A DNA stretch of 64,000 nucleotides from Clostridiales bacterium (GCA_003343705.1 QAKR01000043.1:25237-89236), one strand, 5' to 3'; shown: positions 1-10,751, counted from the first letter of the stretch. Program-made: numbers and translations. The notes: generated by a model from the letters alone, not told the origin.

Positions 1-338
1 ATGAATATATGGATAACATTACTCTGCATTCGGTAGAACACATGTTTGCTACTTATGCCAGAAACAGCGTATTAGCAAAAAATGTTATTTATTTCGGGCC
101 TATGGGTTGTCAGACAGGCTTTTACTTAGTTATGCGCGGAGTTCAGGATTTTGAAGTTCTGGTGTTGGTGAAAACCGTTTTACAGGACATAATTGATCAT
201 AAGGGACCTATGCCGGGAGGTAAAAAAGCAGAATGCGGAAACTTTAAGAATCTTTCGGTTGCTGCTGCAAAAATTGAGGCACGCAGATATCTTAAAATTC
301 TTAATTCAAAAGAAAATGACTTTAAATATAACTCATAA
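1..338 (+). CDS. luxS: S-ribosylhomocysteine lyase LuxS, 5'-truncated by window edge
   Basis: The reading frame is open to the window start. It carries the HSVEH (HxxEH) metal motif and the GPMGCQTGFYL catalytic-Cys block typical of LuxS. Confidence 0.9.
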   Translation, partial: EYMDNITLHSVEHMFATYARNSVLAKNVIYFGPMGCQTGFYLVMRGVQDFEVLVLVKTVLQDIIDHKGPMPGGKKAECGNFKNLSVAAAKIEARRYLKILNSKENDFKYNS

Positions 339-358
339 AATGCATTACCGGAGGTTCT

Positions 359-805
359 ATGGTAAAGTTAGTAAAAGTAAATCAAGATAATTATAACGAT
401 GTAATTAATTTACAATTAACCGAATCGCAAAAAGATTTTGTCTCTCCAAATATCAGATCCCTTGCCCAGGCATGGGTTTTTTATGAAAGAGCACGTCCTT
501 ATGCCATTTACAGTAATGATGTTTTGGTTGGTTTTATTATGTTTGATTACCGCACAGAATTGCGTACTGCGGAGATCTGGAGATTTATGATAAGCACTGA
601 ACATCAAGGAAAAGGTTACGGAAAACAGGCACTACTGACTGCAATTGAATTCTTAAAAAACGAGAATCTTTTTGACAAAATTTTAATAAACTACGTTAAA
701 GAAAATGACATAGCTAAAACACTATATAGGAAGCTTGGTTTTGGCGAAACGGGAGACATGGATGGTAACGAAGTTATCATGAGTCTTGATATACAGCAAA
801 AATAA
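359..805 (+). CDS. GNAT family N-acetyltransferase (diamine/spermidine acetyltransferase-like)
   Basis: 148 aa. Acetyl-CoA binding block HQGKGYGKQAL and the overall GNAT layout. Confidence 0.8.
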   Translation: MVKLVKVNQDNYNDVINLQLTESQKDFVSPNIRSLAQAWVFYERARPYAIYSNDVLVGFIMFDYRTELRTAEIWRFMISTEHQGKGYGKQALLTAIEFLKNENLFDKILINYVKENDIAKTLYRKLGFGETGDMDGNEVIMSLDIQQK

Positions 806-819
806 AAGGAGATTTTTAA

Positions 820-1518
820 ATGGTAGGAATTATCTGCGCAATGGATATTGAGCTTGAAAAAATTCTTGCAGCAATGGAAGACATTGAAACATGTGTTATA
901 AGTAACATTAAGTATAATAAAGGGATGATTAAAGGCAACGAAGCTGTTGCGGCAGTTTGCGGTGTGGGAAAAGTTAATGCCGCAATATGTGCACAAACAA
1001 TGATTTTGCAATTTTCACCGGACTTAATAATAAATTCAGGGGTTGCAGGAGGATTAAGTGATTCACTGAATACAACCGATATAGTTATTGCAGATAAAGT
1101 TGCAGAACATGATATGGACACAACCCCGTTAGGTGATGAACCTGGGTTTATTTACGGACTTAACACCGTAAAAATTGAATGTGATAATAAAACAGCACAG
1201 ACTCTTTTTGACTGCGTTGAAAGCCTTGGTATACACTGCGAGAAAGGCCTTATAGCATCGGGAGATCAGTTTATAAATGGCGGAGAAAAAATGGAATATA
1301 TAAAGAACACATTTAATGCTTCCGCTGCTGAAATGGAAGGTGCGGCAGTCGGGCACGTCTGCGCACTGAACAACATCCCGTTTTGTGTTCTTCGTTCAAT
1401 TTCAGATAAGGCTGACGGTTCTTCACATATGGATTATTTAGCTTTTACTAAAATTGCTTCTCAAAATTCCGCCAATGCAATAATACGCTTTATGGAAAGC
1501 TACAAAAGTAAATCATAA
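820..1518 (+). CDS. mtnN: 5'-methylthioadenosine/S-adenosylhomocysteine nucleosidase
   Basis: GVGKVNAA, SGVAGG and EMEGAAVGHVC blocks, plus SISDKADG, typical of Pfs/MtnN. RBS aaaggag lies upstream. Confidence 0.9.
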   Translation: MVGIICAMDIELEKILAAMEDIETCVISNIKYNKGMIKGNEAVAAVCGVGKVNAAICAQTMILQFSPDLIINSGVAGGLSDSLNTTDIVIADKVAEHDMDTTPLGDEPGFIYGLNTVKIECDNKTAQTLFDCVESLGIHCEKGLIASGDQFINGGEKMEYIKNTFNASAAEMEGAAVGHVCALNNIPFCVLRSISDKADGSSHMDYLAFTKIASQNSANAIIRFMESYKSKS

Positions 1519-1534
1519 AGAAGGTTTTGCTATA

Positions 1535-3187
1535 ATGGAAAATTTAATTCCAACCGCTTTAGGTCGTGAAAAAGCCGACTTAGTTTTAAAAAATGCAAAT
1601 ATCATTGATGTTTTTTGCCAACGTATTATTAAAAACGATGTAGCAATTAAAAACGGTATGATTGCAGGAATCGGCGAATACGAGGGTTTAGAAGAGATTG
1701 ATTGCTCTGAAAAATTTGTTATGCCCTCTTTTGTTGACAGCCATGTTCATATAGAAAGCTCTATGGTAAGCCCAGCTGAATATGCAAAGGCTGTTGTTGC
1801 AAGAGGTGTAACCTGTGTTGTTTGTGACCCTCACGAAATAGCAAATGTTTGCGGCGAAGACGGGTTAGAATTTATGATAAACTCGGCTAAGACTGTTCCT
1901 TTAGATACATTTTTCATGCTCCCATCCTGTGTTCCGGCAACACCCATTGACAGTTCGGGAGCATTTATTAATGCAGAAAAAGCTGAGGAAATCAAAAATC
2001 GTTTTCCCGAATTTAAAGGCATCGCAGAAATGATGAATGTTCCGGGTGTTTTAGGCCAAGATAAAGATGTTATTAAAAAACTTTCGCTGTTTGATATATG
2101 TGACGGTCATGCACCAATGCTTTCAAATAATGAACTTAATGCATATATTGCCGCCGGAATAAAAAGCGACCACGAATGTGTTACAGCTGGTGAAGCTATT
2201 GAAAAAGTTTCAAAAGGGATGTATGTTCATATAAGAGAAGGAACAGGGGCAAAGAACCTTAAAGAGATAATAAAAGCCGTTACACCTTTAAATATGCACC
2301 GTTTCACCTTCTGTACAGATGACAAACATGCAGATGAAATAATAGAAAACGGAACAATACAAAATTGTGTGTGTCTTGCCTGCAAAAACGGACTTAACCC
2401 AATAACAGCCATAACAATAGCGTCACTTAACGCTCGTATGTGTTATGGGATGAAAAACGCAGGTGCGATTGCACCCGGATATAAAGCTGACTTTATTATT
2501 TGTGATGAACTTATACCTAAAAATATTATTTCCGTTTATAAAAACGGTAAGCTTGTTGCTGAAAACGGTAAAGCTTTATTCAAAGGCTCACAGACAGAGA
2601 GTTTAAAAGTTGAAAACACTGTTAATGTTGCAGATGTTAACGAAGAGGATTTCCACCTTCCTTTTACAGGAAAGGAAACTGTCATAGAGATCCATGATAA
2701 CACTCTTGTAACTACAGTTGCCAAAGAGTATACAGCAGAGGGACTTAACCTTTGCGCAGTTATCGAAAGGCATAAAAAAACAGGACAAAAAGGAATGGCT
2801 TTTGTTAAAGGGTTTAAAATAAAAAATGGAGCTATTGCACAAACAATAGGCCATGACAGCCACAATATTGTTGTTGTCGGAGACTGTGCAAAAAACATGA
2901 ACGCAGCTGTTCACGCATTGGGAACAGAAGGCGGGATAGTGGTTATAGAGGACGGCAAAATAGCGGCAAAGCTAACACTGGAAATTGCCGGTATAATGAC
3001 GAAAAAGTCTCTTGAAGATGTTGCTCTGGGAAATTCAGAAATTATTAAAGCAGCAAAGCGTTTAAACCCGGAACTTACATCATCAAGATTAATGATTTTA
3101 TCATTTATTTCTCTTATTGTCATACCAGAAATTAAACTTTGCGATAAAGGTCTCTTTGATGTTATTAACTGGAAATTTATTGAATAA
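1535..3187 (+). CDS. ade: adenine deaminase
   Basis: SFVDSHVHIESSM and CDPHEIANV amidohydrolase motifs. The 550 aa length fits Ade/AdeC. Confidence 0.9.
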   Translation: MENLIPTALGREKADLVLKNANIIDVFCQRIIKNDVAIKNGMIAGIGEYEGLEEIDCSEKFVMPSFVDSHVHIESSMVSPAEYAKAVVARGVTCVVCDPHEIANVCGEDGLEFMINSAKTVPLDTFFMLPSCVPATPIDSSGAFINAEKAEEIKNRFPEFKGIAEMMNVPGVLGQDKDVIKKLSLFDICDGHAPMLSNNELNAYIAAGIKSDHECVTAGEAIEKVSKGMYVHIREGTGAKNLKEIIKAVTPLNMHRFTFCTDDKHADEIIENGTIQNCVCLACKNGLNPITAITIASLNARMCYGMKNAGAIAPGYKADFIICDELIPKNIISVYKNGKLVAENGKALFKGSQTESLKVENTVNVADVNEEDFHLPFTGKETVIEIHDNTLVTTVAKEYTAEGLNLCAVIERHKKTGQKGMAFVKGFKIKNGAIAQTIGHDSHNIVVVGDCAKNMNAAVHALGTEGGIVVIEDGKIAAKLTLEIAGIMTKKSLEDVALGNSEIIKAAKRLNPELTSSRLMILSFISLIVIPEIKLCDKGLFDVINWKFIE

Positions 3188-3199
3188 AGAGGGAAATTT

Positions 3200-3895
3200 A
3201 TGAAAATATTTACAATGAGTTATGATGACGGTATTCATCAGGACAAGAGGTTTATATCTCTACTTAAAAAATACGGTCTTCAATGTACGTTTAACATAAA
3301 TTCGGGCCAACTCGGAGCGACTAATTGGTTTGATTTTCCCGACCGCCGTGTGGATCACATACGTTTTAAAGAAGAAGAGCTACCTATAATTTACAACGGA
3401 TTTGAGATAGCGTGCCATACAAAAAACCATCCCTGTCTTGATGCTTGTGCTAAAGAAAAAGTAATTGATGAAGTGTTAGGTGATCAACAAAATCTTGAAC
3501 ATATATTGGGTTGTAAAATCACAGGCATGGCATACCCTAACGGAAATTTTTACACAGAACAAACAATTCAGATAATATTAGAAAACACATCAATACGTTA
3601 CGCTCGTACTATTGCAGATACACTGTCTTTTGAATTCCCTAAACGTTTAATGGAATGGCATCCGACTTGTTATCATATCCGAGATGAAATTTTTGAACTT
3701 GCAGAAAAATTTATAAAATTATCTCCGGAAGAAGATGCTCTTTTTTATTTATGGGGGCATTCTTACGAGTTTGATTTTACTGACGACGGATGGTCTCGAA
3801 TAGAGAAATTCATGCAGCTTATATCAAACAGAAAAGACATTATTTATGCAACTAACCAAGGGGTCGTTGATCTTATGCAAAATTCACAAAAATGA
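3200..3895 (+). CDS. polysaccharide deacetylase (NodB-homology) family protein
   Basis: SYDDG (motif 1) and CHTKNHP His motif. 231 aa. Confidence 0.75.
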   Translation: MKIFTMSYDDGIHQDKRFISLLKKYGLQCTFNINSGQLGATNWFDFPDRRVDHIRFKEEELPIIYNGFEIACHTKNHPCLDACAKEKVIDEVLGDQQNLEHILGCKITGMAYPNGNFYTEQTIQIILENTSIRYARTIADTLSFEFPKRLMEWHPTCYHIRDEIFELAEKFIKLSPEEDALFYLWGHSYEFDFTDDGWSRIEKFMQLISNRKDIIYATNQGVVDLMQNSQK

Positions 3896-3967
3896 TAACT
3901 CTTTTACCATATTTATTTTAAATATAAATAAATAAGTTTTACATATATGAACAATTGCGGAAATGGC

Positions 3968-3996
3968 TTGACATACATATGTCTGTTTGATATAAT
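3968..3996 (+). promoter_or_regulatory. sigma-A type promoter of the ABC transporter operon
   Basis: TTGACA (3968-3973), 17 nt spacer, TATAAT (3991-3996). RBS ggaggga lies about 9 nt before the ATG at 4033. Confidence 0.65.
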
Positions 3997-4032
3997 TCTT
4001 TATGTAAATTTTAATATGGAGGGATATCGAAA

Positions 4033-5289
4033 ATGTCCAAGAAAGTTATCGCACTTTTGCTCATGGCAATCATGTGCCTGAGCGTGTTTGCAGGCTGTAA
4101 TAATGCTCCTGCAACAGACAACGGCGGCAGCGACTCCGACAAAGCATCTTTCAAAGTAGGCGCTATCTACATCACAAGCCAGAATGATACAGCAGGTTAT
4201 ACCTTCGCTCATCATTACGGCATCACAAAAGCAATGGAAAACCTGGGGCTGTCCAAAGACAATTTGTTTATCGTTGACAATGTTGCCGAAGACAAAACAC
4301 AGGTAAGCAACGCTATTGATACTTTAGCAGGCAAAGGTTGTAACATTATTTTCGGCATTAGCTTCGGTTACATTGAGGCTTTTGCAGAAGCAGCAGAGAA
4401 AGAAGAATACAAGGATATCATTTTCTCACACGCTACAGGTTATAAAGCAAACAAAACAAACTTTAACAACTATTTCGGAAGAATATATCAGGCAAGATAC
4501 CTTACAGGTGTTGCAGCCGGCCTTAAAGCTCTTGAGCTCAAAAACCCGAATATCGGTTACGTTGCAGCTTGGGGCACAGAATATGCAGAAACTTGCAGCG
4601 GTATAAACGCTTTCGCACTTGGTGTACAAGCTGTTTACCCTGAAGCAATCGTTCATGTAAACAAAATCAGCACATGGGGCGATGAAGCCAAAGAAAAACA
4701 AGCTGCAGAAGCTCTTATCGACACATACAACTGCTGCGTTATAGCACAGCATTGTGACAGCGCACAACCTCAGAAGGTTGCAGAAGCAAGAGGAGTGTTC
4801 TCTTGTGGTTACAACTCTGACATGACAGCAGAATCACCCAAGGCTCAACTTACATCAGCTATTTGGAACTGGCCGGTTTATTACCAAACAGCTATCGAAG
4901 CTGCTAAGAAAGATCCTGCTAATTTCATGACTAATGTAGGCATTTACTACGGTGGTCTTAAAGAGAACTTTGTAGGTATCTCTCCTGTTACAGCTAACTG
5001 CGCAGCAGGTACAAAAGAAATCCTTGAAAAGGTTTCTGCGATGATAACGTCCGGTGATTGGGATGTATTCCAAGGTACTAAACTCTCAATTTCACAAGAC
5101 GGAACTATCACAAAGACAACTGCTGCAACTCTTGACAACAAAGATGCAACAGTTATAGCAGAAGACGGAACTATGTTCTGCTATGTAAACAATGCTCTTG
5201 CAAGCTCTAATGAGTTCGGTGCATTTGAACATGACGCTGTTATAAAGGGTTCAATGAACTATTTTGTAAAAGGCGTTGTTGAAGGCTAA
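4033..5289 (+). CDS. BMP-family (PnrA/Med-like) ABC transporter substrate-binding lipoprotein, probable nucleoside binding
   Basis: Signal peptide with lipobox LSVFAGC. BMP-like sequence, followed by a CUT2-type ATPase and two permeases. Confidence 0.75.
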   Translation: MSKKVIALLLMAIMCLSVFAGCNNAPATDNGGSDSDKASFKVGAIYITSQNDTAGYTFAHHYGITKAMENLGLSKDNLFIVDNVAEDKTQVSNAIDTLAGKGCNIIFGISFGYIEAFAEAAEKEEYKDIIFSHATGYKANKTNFNNYFGRIYQARYLTGVAAGLKALELKNPNIGYVAAWGTEYAETCSGINAFALGVQAVYPEAIVHVNKISTWGDEAKEKQAAEALIDTYNCCVIAQHCDSAQPQKVAEARGVFSCGYNSDMTAESPKAQLTSAIWNWPVYYQTAIEAAKKDPANFMTNVGIYYGGLKENFVGISPVTANCAAGTKEILEKVSAMITSGDWDVFQGTKLSISQDGTITKTTAATLDNKDATVIAEDGTMFCYVNNALASSNEFGAFEHDAVIKGSMNYFVKGVVEG

Positions 5290-5310
5290 ACATAAACTAA
5301 CAATTTATCG

Positions 5311-5347
5311 ATTGCCGCCCCAAAATTTTAAATTTCGGGGCGGCAAT
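5311..5347 (+). other. intra-operon stem-loop between the binding-protein and ATPase genes
   Basis: attgccgcccc / ggggcggcaat form an 11-bp GC-rich stem. No U-tract follows, so a partial terminator or mRNA stabiliser is plausible. Confidence 0.55.
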
Positions 5348-5368
5348 TAACAGTAAGGGAGTGCAAAC

Positions 5369-6940
5369 ATGTCAGAATACGCAATCGAGCTTCGAAACAT
5401 AACAAAAACATTCGGGTCCGTTATTGCAAACAAGAATATAAACCTAAACGTAAAGCCGGGTGAAATTCTTGCTCTTCTCGGTGAAAACGGTTCGGGTAAA
5501 ACTACGCTTATGAATATGCTTTCCGGAATTTATAAGCCGGACGGCGGTCAGATATTTGTAAACGGCAGAGAGGTTTCCATAACCTCCCCTGAAGATTCGA
5601 AAAAATTAGGCATAGGTATGGTGCATCAGCATTTTAAGCTTGTTGACGTATTCTCAGCAGCAGACAATATTTGTTTGGGTGATGAAAAAGGATCTCTGTT
5701 TCTCTCGAAAAAAAGATATAAAAAAATAAATGATATTGCGAAAAATTTTAGGTTTGATATTGACAGTAGAAAACTTGTAGTGAATATGTCTGTAAGTGAA
5801 AAGCAGACGCTTGAAATAATTAAAGTTCTTTATTACGGCGCAAAAGTTATCATTCTTGACGAACCTACGGCCGTTTTAACCGTACAGGAAACACAAAAGC
5901 TTTTTGATGTTTTACGTAAAATGAAAGCCGACGGTCACTCAATTGTTATCATAACTCATAAACTTAATGAAGTTATGGAAATCAGTGATCGCGTGACGGT
6001 CTTACGCAAAGGCGAATATATTGACACAGTTAGAACAAGTGAAACAAACGAACAACAGCTCACAGAACTTATGGTGGGCAGAAAAATTGATCTTAACATT
6101 GAACGTCCCGAAACGGAAAAGAATATTCCGCTTCTTGAAATAAGAAACCTCACCGTTAAAGACGATGAAAACAATTTGGCAATAGACGACCTCAGCTTTT
6201 ATATCCGCGGAGGTGAAATCCTTGGCGTTGCCGGAATTGCCGGTTGCGGGCAAAAAGAACTTTGCGAAGCAATTGCTGGGCTTAGGCCGATAGTATGCGG
6301 GAAACTTATGCATAAAGGCGAAAGTATTGTCGGGTTGTCTCCGCAAAACATTATTGAAAAAGGCATTTCCATGAGCTTTATTCCTGAGGACAGACTCGGA
6401 ATGGGGCTTTCTCCTTCTCTTTCAATAACTGATAATATGCTTTTAAAAAATTATTCAACTCTTTCACCATGGTACAATCCGTTTATTAATCGCAAAAAAG
6501 GCCGTGAAGATGCAAAACGCGTAATAAAAGATCTTTCAATAGATACTCCTTCGACAGAAACACCGGTTCGTAAACTCTCCGGCGGTAATGTTCAAAAAGT
6601 TCTTTTAGGTCGTGAAATAAAAGCTGGCCCCAACGTAATTGTAACGGCATACCCTGTTCGAGGGCTTGATATTAACTCTTCTTATGCAATATATAACATT
6701 CTTAACGAACAGAAAAAAAGTGGTGTAGGAATTTTATATGTAGGCGAAGACTTGGATGTAATGCTTGAACTTTGCGATAAAATAATGGTTCTTTGTCATG
6801 GGAAAATGATGGGTGTAGTAAATTCATACAACACAACAAAAGAAATGCTCGGTCTTATGATGACTGGTACGGTCATAACCCCCAACATTGAGGGTAAAAC
6901 CCCTGGTATAGCAAAAGACAGTAATATAAAGGAGGTCTGA
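5369..6940 (+). CDS. ABC transporter ATP-binding protein with duplicated ATPase domains (nucleoside/sugar type)
   Basis: Walker A GENGSGKTT and second-domain GIAGCGQKE. Signature LSGGNVQK. Walker B ILDEPT. Confidence 0.9.
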   Translation: MSEYAIELRNITKTFGSVIANKNINLNVKPGEILALLGENGSGKTTLMNMLSGIYKPDGGQIFVNGREVSITSPEDSKKLGIGMVHQHFKLVDVFSAADNICLGDEKGSLFLSKKRYKKINDIAKNFRFDIDSRKLVVNMSVSEKQTLEIIKVLYYGAKVIILDEPTAVLTVQETQKLFDVLRKMKADGHSIVIITHKLNEVMEISDRVTVLRKGEYIDTVRTSETNEQQLTELMVGRKIDLNIERPETEKNIPLLEIRNLTVKDDENNLAIDDLSFYIRGGEILGVAGIAGCGQKELCEAIAGLRPIVCGKLMHKGESIVGLSPQNIIEKGISMSFIPEDRLGMGLSPSLSITDNMLLKNYSTLSPWYNPFINRKKGREDAKRVIKDLSIDTPSTETPVRKLSGGNVQKVLLGREIKAGPNVIVTAYPVRGLDINSSYAIYNILNEQKKSGVGILYVGEDLDVMLELCDKIMVLCHGKMMGVVNSYNTTKEMLGLMMTGTVITPNIEGKTPGIAKDSNIKEV

Positions 6941-8070
6941 TGATGAAAACAAAACAACCGCTTATACGAGTCGTAAGAAGAACAGACTTTCCTCTTTGGG
7001 CAACAATTTTAATTTATATTGGTGCAATAATAGTTGCCCTTAGTATCGGAGCATTACTTTTAATGGCAATAAAAGTTAATCCTACTGCTTATTATAAAGA
7101 TATGTTTACTATAGGAGCTCTTGGAAATCGTTTTGCATATAAAAACTTTGAAGGGCTTATAAAATTATTTGTCCCGCTTTTAATAACTTCACTTGCACTT
7201 TCACTGGCATTTAAAATGAAGTTTTGGAACATCGGCGGTGAAGGGCAATTTATAATGGGAGCTATTTCAGCATCTACAGTTGCTCTTATTTTAGGAAATA
7301 CGCTTCCTTCAGGGCTTGTTTTGATTTTAATGGCATTATGCGGTGCACTTTCTGCCGGAATTTATGGGCTCTTGGTTGCCTGCCTTAAGGTGAAATGGGG
7401 CACAAATGAAACGCTTTTAACTCTTATGTTAAACTATATAGCACTTTATATTTTAAGGTTTTTCGGAGAAACAAAAGCAGATTGGAACTTCTTTTTAAGC
7501 ACCGACAGTGAACGCCCTGTTTTTGCGACATTCCCTGAAGGGGCATGGATGTATACAATAAAAATAGGAAAATTCTCACTTAACATTACACTTATAATTG
7601 CACTGTTACTTTGTGTGTTTTTATATATTTACCTTAAAAAAACAAAACACGGTTATGAAATATCTGTTGTTGGCGACAGCCCGAGTACAGCAAAATATGC
7701 AGGCATGAAAGTCGGCCGAATAGTAATGCGTACAATGTTCTTTTCTGCATCACTCATCGGATTAGCCGGAGCGTTTTATGTTTCAACATCCCATACATTA
7801 TCAACTTCAGTTACAAACAACGTAGGATGGACGGGAATAATAGTTGCATGGCTTTCAAGGCTTAGTCCTATAGGAATATTTGTAACATCAATTTTAATAA
7901 GTATACTTCGGTTCGGATGCCAAATAGCCGCAACAAACTTCCCTGTAATCGATTCAAACTTTGCAGACTTATTACAAGGAATAATATTATTCGTTGTTCT
8001 TATGGCAGACTTCCTGACACGCTTTAAAATAGTATTTCGCCAAAAGCAGATTAAGGAGGTTCAAGACTGA
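6940..8070 (+). CDS. ABC transporter permease
   Basis: Polytopic membrane protein. Its start overlaps the ATPase stop (ATGA). Typical BMP-system permease. Confidence 0.8.
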   Translation: MMKTKQPLIRVVRRTDFPLWATILIYIGAIIVALSIGALLLMAIKVNPTAYYKDMFTIGALGNRFAYKNFEGLIKLFVPLLITSLALSLAFKMKFWNIGGEGQFIMGAISASTVALILGNTLPSGLVLILMALCGALSAGIYGLLVACLKVKWGTNETLLTLMLNYIALYILRFFGETKADWNFFLSTDSERPVFATFPEGAWMYTIKIGKFSLNITLIIALLLCVFLYIYLKKTKHGYEISVVGDSPSTAKYAGMKVGRIVMRTMFFSASLIGLAGAFYVSTSHTLSTSVTNNVGWTGIIVAWLSRLSPIGIFVTSILISILRFGCQIAATNFPVIDSNFADLLQGIILFVVLMADFLTRFKIVFRQKQIKEVQD

Positions 8071-9074
8071 TGGATATGCAGATTGATGCTTTAAATGTTG
8101 TAACCATGTTTTTATTCAACATAATTGTATACAACATAATCCTTTTATACGGCACCGTTGGTGAAATAATTACTGAAAAAGCTGGTAGCCTTAACCTGGG
8201 TGTTGAAGGAACAATGGCTGTAGGGGCTATTAGCGGATACCTTATGGGTTGCTATACAAACAGCATGCTTGTAGGTGTGTTGTTTTCCGTCATTTCAGCA
8301 GGGTTATGCGGATTATTGTTCGCATTTTTAACAGTTACGCTTCAAGCGAACCAGAATGTTACAGGCCTAACGATCTCGACTTTCGGTGTCGGCCTTTACT
8401 TCTTTATTGGCAAAGGTTTCGGCGAAAACTTCCCTGTTATTTCAGATTACCCTGCTATTAAGGCAGGAGCAGGGCAAATACACATCCCGTTTTTAAGCGA
8501 CATCCCTGTAATAGGTAAAGTTATATTTTCTCAAAATATCCTTGTTTATTTGGGAATTGCAATAGCACTGCTTGCTTGGGCATATCTTAAATATACAAAA
8601 GCAGGGCTTTGTGTACGTTCTATAGGTGAAAATCCGGCAGCTGCAGACAGTATGGGTGTAAACATAACATTATATAAATATATTCACTTAGTAATCGGTT
8701 CTGCAATAATGGGTATAGGCGGTTATTATATGGGCCTTGTAATGGGCGGAAGTTTTGAAGGTAGCAATTGCTGGACCGGGGGGTATGGCTGGATAGCTAT
8801 AGCACTTGTTATATTTGCAAGTTGGAATCCAGCAAAAGCTATTCTGGGAACGATAATATTCGGGTTCTTTAATACGCTTCAGATTTACAGCGGCTCTCTT
8901 GCGGATGCTTTCCCGGGATTTCTAGGTTGGCTACGTGATGTACCCGCACAGTTTTACTCGGCATTACCGTTTTTAATTACTGCAATTGTCCTGGTTGTAG
9001 AATCCATGCGTAAAAAGAAAAATAAAAATGAGCCTTCTGCAATAGGCGTTAATTATTACCGCGAGGACAGATAA
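8070..9074 (+). CDS. ABC transporter permease
   Basis: Polytopic membrane protein. Its start overlaps the preceding stop. Confidence 0.8.
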   Translation: MDMQIDALNVVTMFLFNIIVYNIILLYGTVGEIITEKAGSLNLGVEGTMAVGAISGYLMGCYTNSMLVGVLFSVISAGLCGLLFAFLTVTLQANQNVTGLTISTFGVGLYFFIGKGFGENFPVISDYPAIKAGAGQIHIPFLSDIPVIGKVIFSQNILVYLGIAIALLAWAYLKYTKAGLCVRSIGENPAAADSMGVNITLYKYIHLVIGSAIMGIGGYYMGLVMGGSFEGSNCWTGGYGWIAIALVIFASWNPAKAILGTIIFGFFNTLQIYSGSLADAFPGFLGWLRDVPAQFYSALPFLITAIVLVVESMRKKKNKNEPSAIGVNYYREDR

Positions 9075-9092
9075 CAATTTCTTATATTTCAT

Positions 9093-9131
9093 GAAGATGC
9101 TGAAGGTGCGTAACGCACCTTCAGCATCTTC
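9093..9131 (+). terminator. 18-bp perfect hairpin downstream of the ABC operon
   Basis: gaagatgctgaaggtgcg-taa-cgcaccttcagcatcttc. No clear U-tract. Confidence 0.6.
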
Positions 9132-9155
9132 TATATCGCAATATTGTTATTTATG

Positions 9156-9187
9156 TACAACATATACCTACATATGTTGTATTTTTT
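9156..9187 (+). terminator. second intrinsic terminator after the ABC operon
   Basis: tacaacatat / atatgttgta form a 10-bp stem followed by TTTTTT. Confidence 0.6.
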
Positions 9188-9329
9188 ATAGCCATTTTAC
9201 CAATTGAAATGTTTTATAAAAAGAAGTATGCTATTTTTATAAACAGCATATAATTTTTTAATTACTATGTAAGGCTAATATAAAACCATATAATATTATG
9301 TAAAACATTAATTTTAGGGAGGGAATTTA

Positions 9330-10406
9330 ATGAGCAAAATTTTAAAAGCACTTTCTTTTGTGTTGATTTTTGTTTTATTTATCAACACATTGATTTTTTC
9401 GTTATCTGCAGAAGAGGAGGTTACAGAATGGAATTATTATAACAGTATTATTGTTTCTGTCACAGTCCATGGGCAAAAAATTTTTACCCCGGAAAATTTT
9501 TCGGAAGTGGATTGCACAAAAGCCCTTGTAATAGAAAAAGATGTCAGTGAAATATCCAAATATAAAATGATACTTATTTTAAATCAGGTTTATACTGATG
9601 AAGAAATTGAAGCTACAGTAAGTGCCATAAAATTAAATCCAATCGTTACCTCAGCCGAAAGGAATTATTATGCTCCTTTTGAATCCACAATAGAACTTAA
9701 TGAATCTCAGTTAAAATTAAAAGTAGGCGAAAAGTTTGATTTAAAAATTACTAAAAATAATTTTTGTTATAACGATAGAATAGGTAATGATTTGATGATA
9801 GTTTTAGATCCTCAAATTTATGATATCAGCCAAATTAAAGACGATAGCTTCTCTGAACAGGGCGTAACAATTAAATATCTAGAGGCAATTGATGTGAAGC
9901 CGTCTGATCCACTGTTTCTTGAAGTTAACCAATTATCGGATGCTGCAACTATAGAAGCCATGAATAACCTTTCACAGTTACCTGGTGTAATATATGTTGA
10001 TTTTGAACCGGTCTGTGGATGTTGGCAAACAGAAGTATGGAAGACAAGCGATGAAAGCACCGTAAATTTCACTGAAGATCTTTCTTCTGATGAAAAAAAA
10101 GATATCATTGGTAAAACAGTAACGATTGAGGGATTAAAGACAGGGACAGCGGAAATTTCAGTAATACGGGAGGGGACGTCTATCGAGCATATTGAGGCAA
10201 GCTGCACTGTCACCGTCTATCTGCCGGGTGATCTGACCAACGACGGAAAAGTTACACTGCCAGACGCCATGACTCTATTCAAATATATTGCGGGGAAAAT
10301 AACGCTTGAAAAAAGTCAGACTTATGCAGCAGATATGAATGAAGACAATGAAATTCGCCTTGACGATGCAATGCGGTTATTTAAATATATTTCAGGAAAA
10401 AAATAG
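9330..10406 (+). CDS. secreted dockerin-containing protein of unknown function (paralog A)
   Basis: Signal peptide. C-terminal dockerin with two Ca-loop segments, DLTNDGKVTLPDA and DMNEDNEIRLDDA. Collinear with the ORF at 10752-11831. Confidence 0.7.
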   Translation: MSKILKALSFVLIFVLFINTLIFSLSAEEEVTEWNYYNSIIVSVTVHGQKIFTPENFSEVDCTKALVIEKDVSEISKYKMILILNQVYTDEEIEATVSAIKLNPIVTSAERNYYAPFESTIELNESQLKLKVGEKFDLKITKNNFCYNDRIGNDLMIVLDPQIYDISQIKDDSFSEQGVTIKYLEAIDVKPSDPLFLEVNQLSDAATIEAMNNLSQLPGVIYVDFEPVCGCWQTEVWKTSDESTVNFTEDLSSDEKKDIIGKTVTIEGLKTGTAEISVIREGTSIEHIEASCTVTVYLPGDLTNDGKVTLPDAMTLFKYIAGKITLEKSQTYAADMNEDNEIRLDDAMRLFKYISGKK

Positions 10407-10600
10407 TTAATAATAAATATTTTATTCCTATCTTCGGACAGTATCTTTTTATTTTGTATATCACTAAACGTATATATATTATTTTCTTTTTATAAAATTT
10501 TTTCACAGCTAGTAAATAATATGATTATCTGTAGCTGTATCTTGAATATTAATGGGTTTAACAATGTATACAAATATACTATATCTTATTTATTTGCTTA

Positions 10601-10629
10601 TTGACATATCATAAAATAAATCGTATCAT
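10601..10629 (+). promoter_or_regulatory. candidate promoter of dockerin paralog B
   Basis: TTGACA (10601-10606), 17 nt spacer, TATCAT. Confidence 0.45.
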
Positions 10630-10751
10630 AATATTATAAGTAAGTAAATATTTACCATATAGTTAATCTTACCGTTTTTTATTTGTTAAATAATCATAGA
10701 AGGGATAGGCTTAATATCGTATTATAAGCATAAATTACAGGAGAAAGATTT

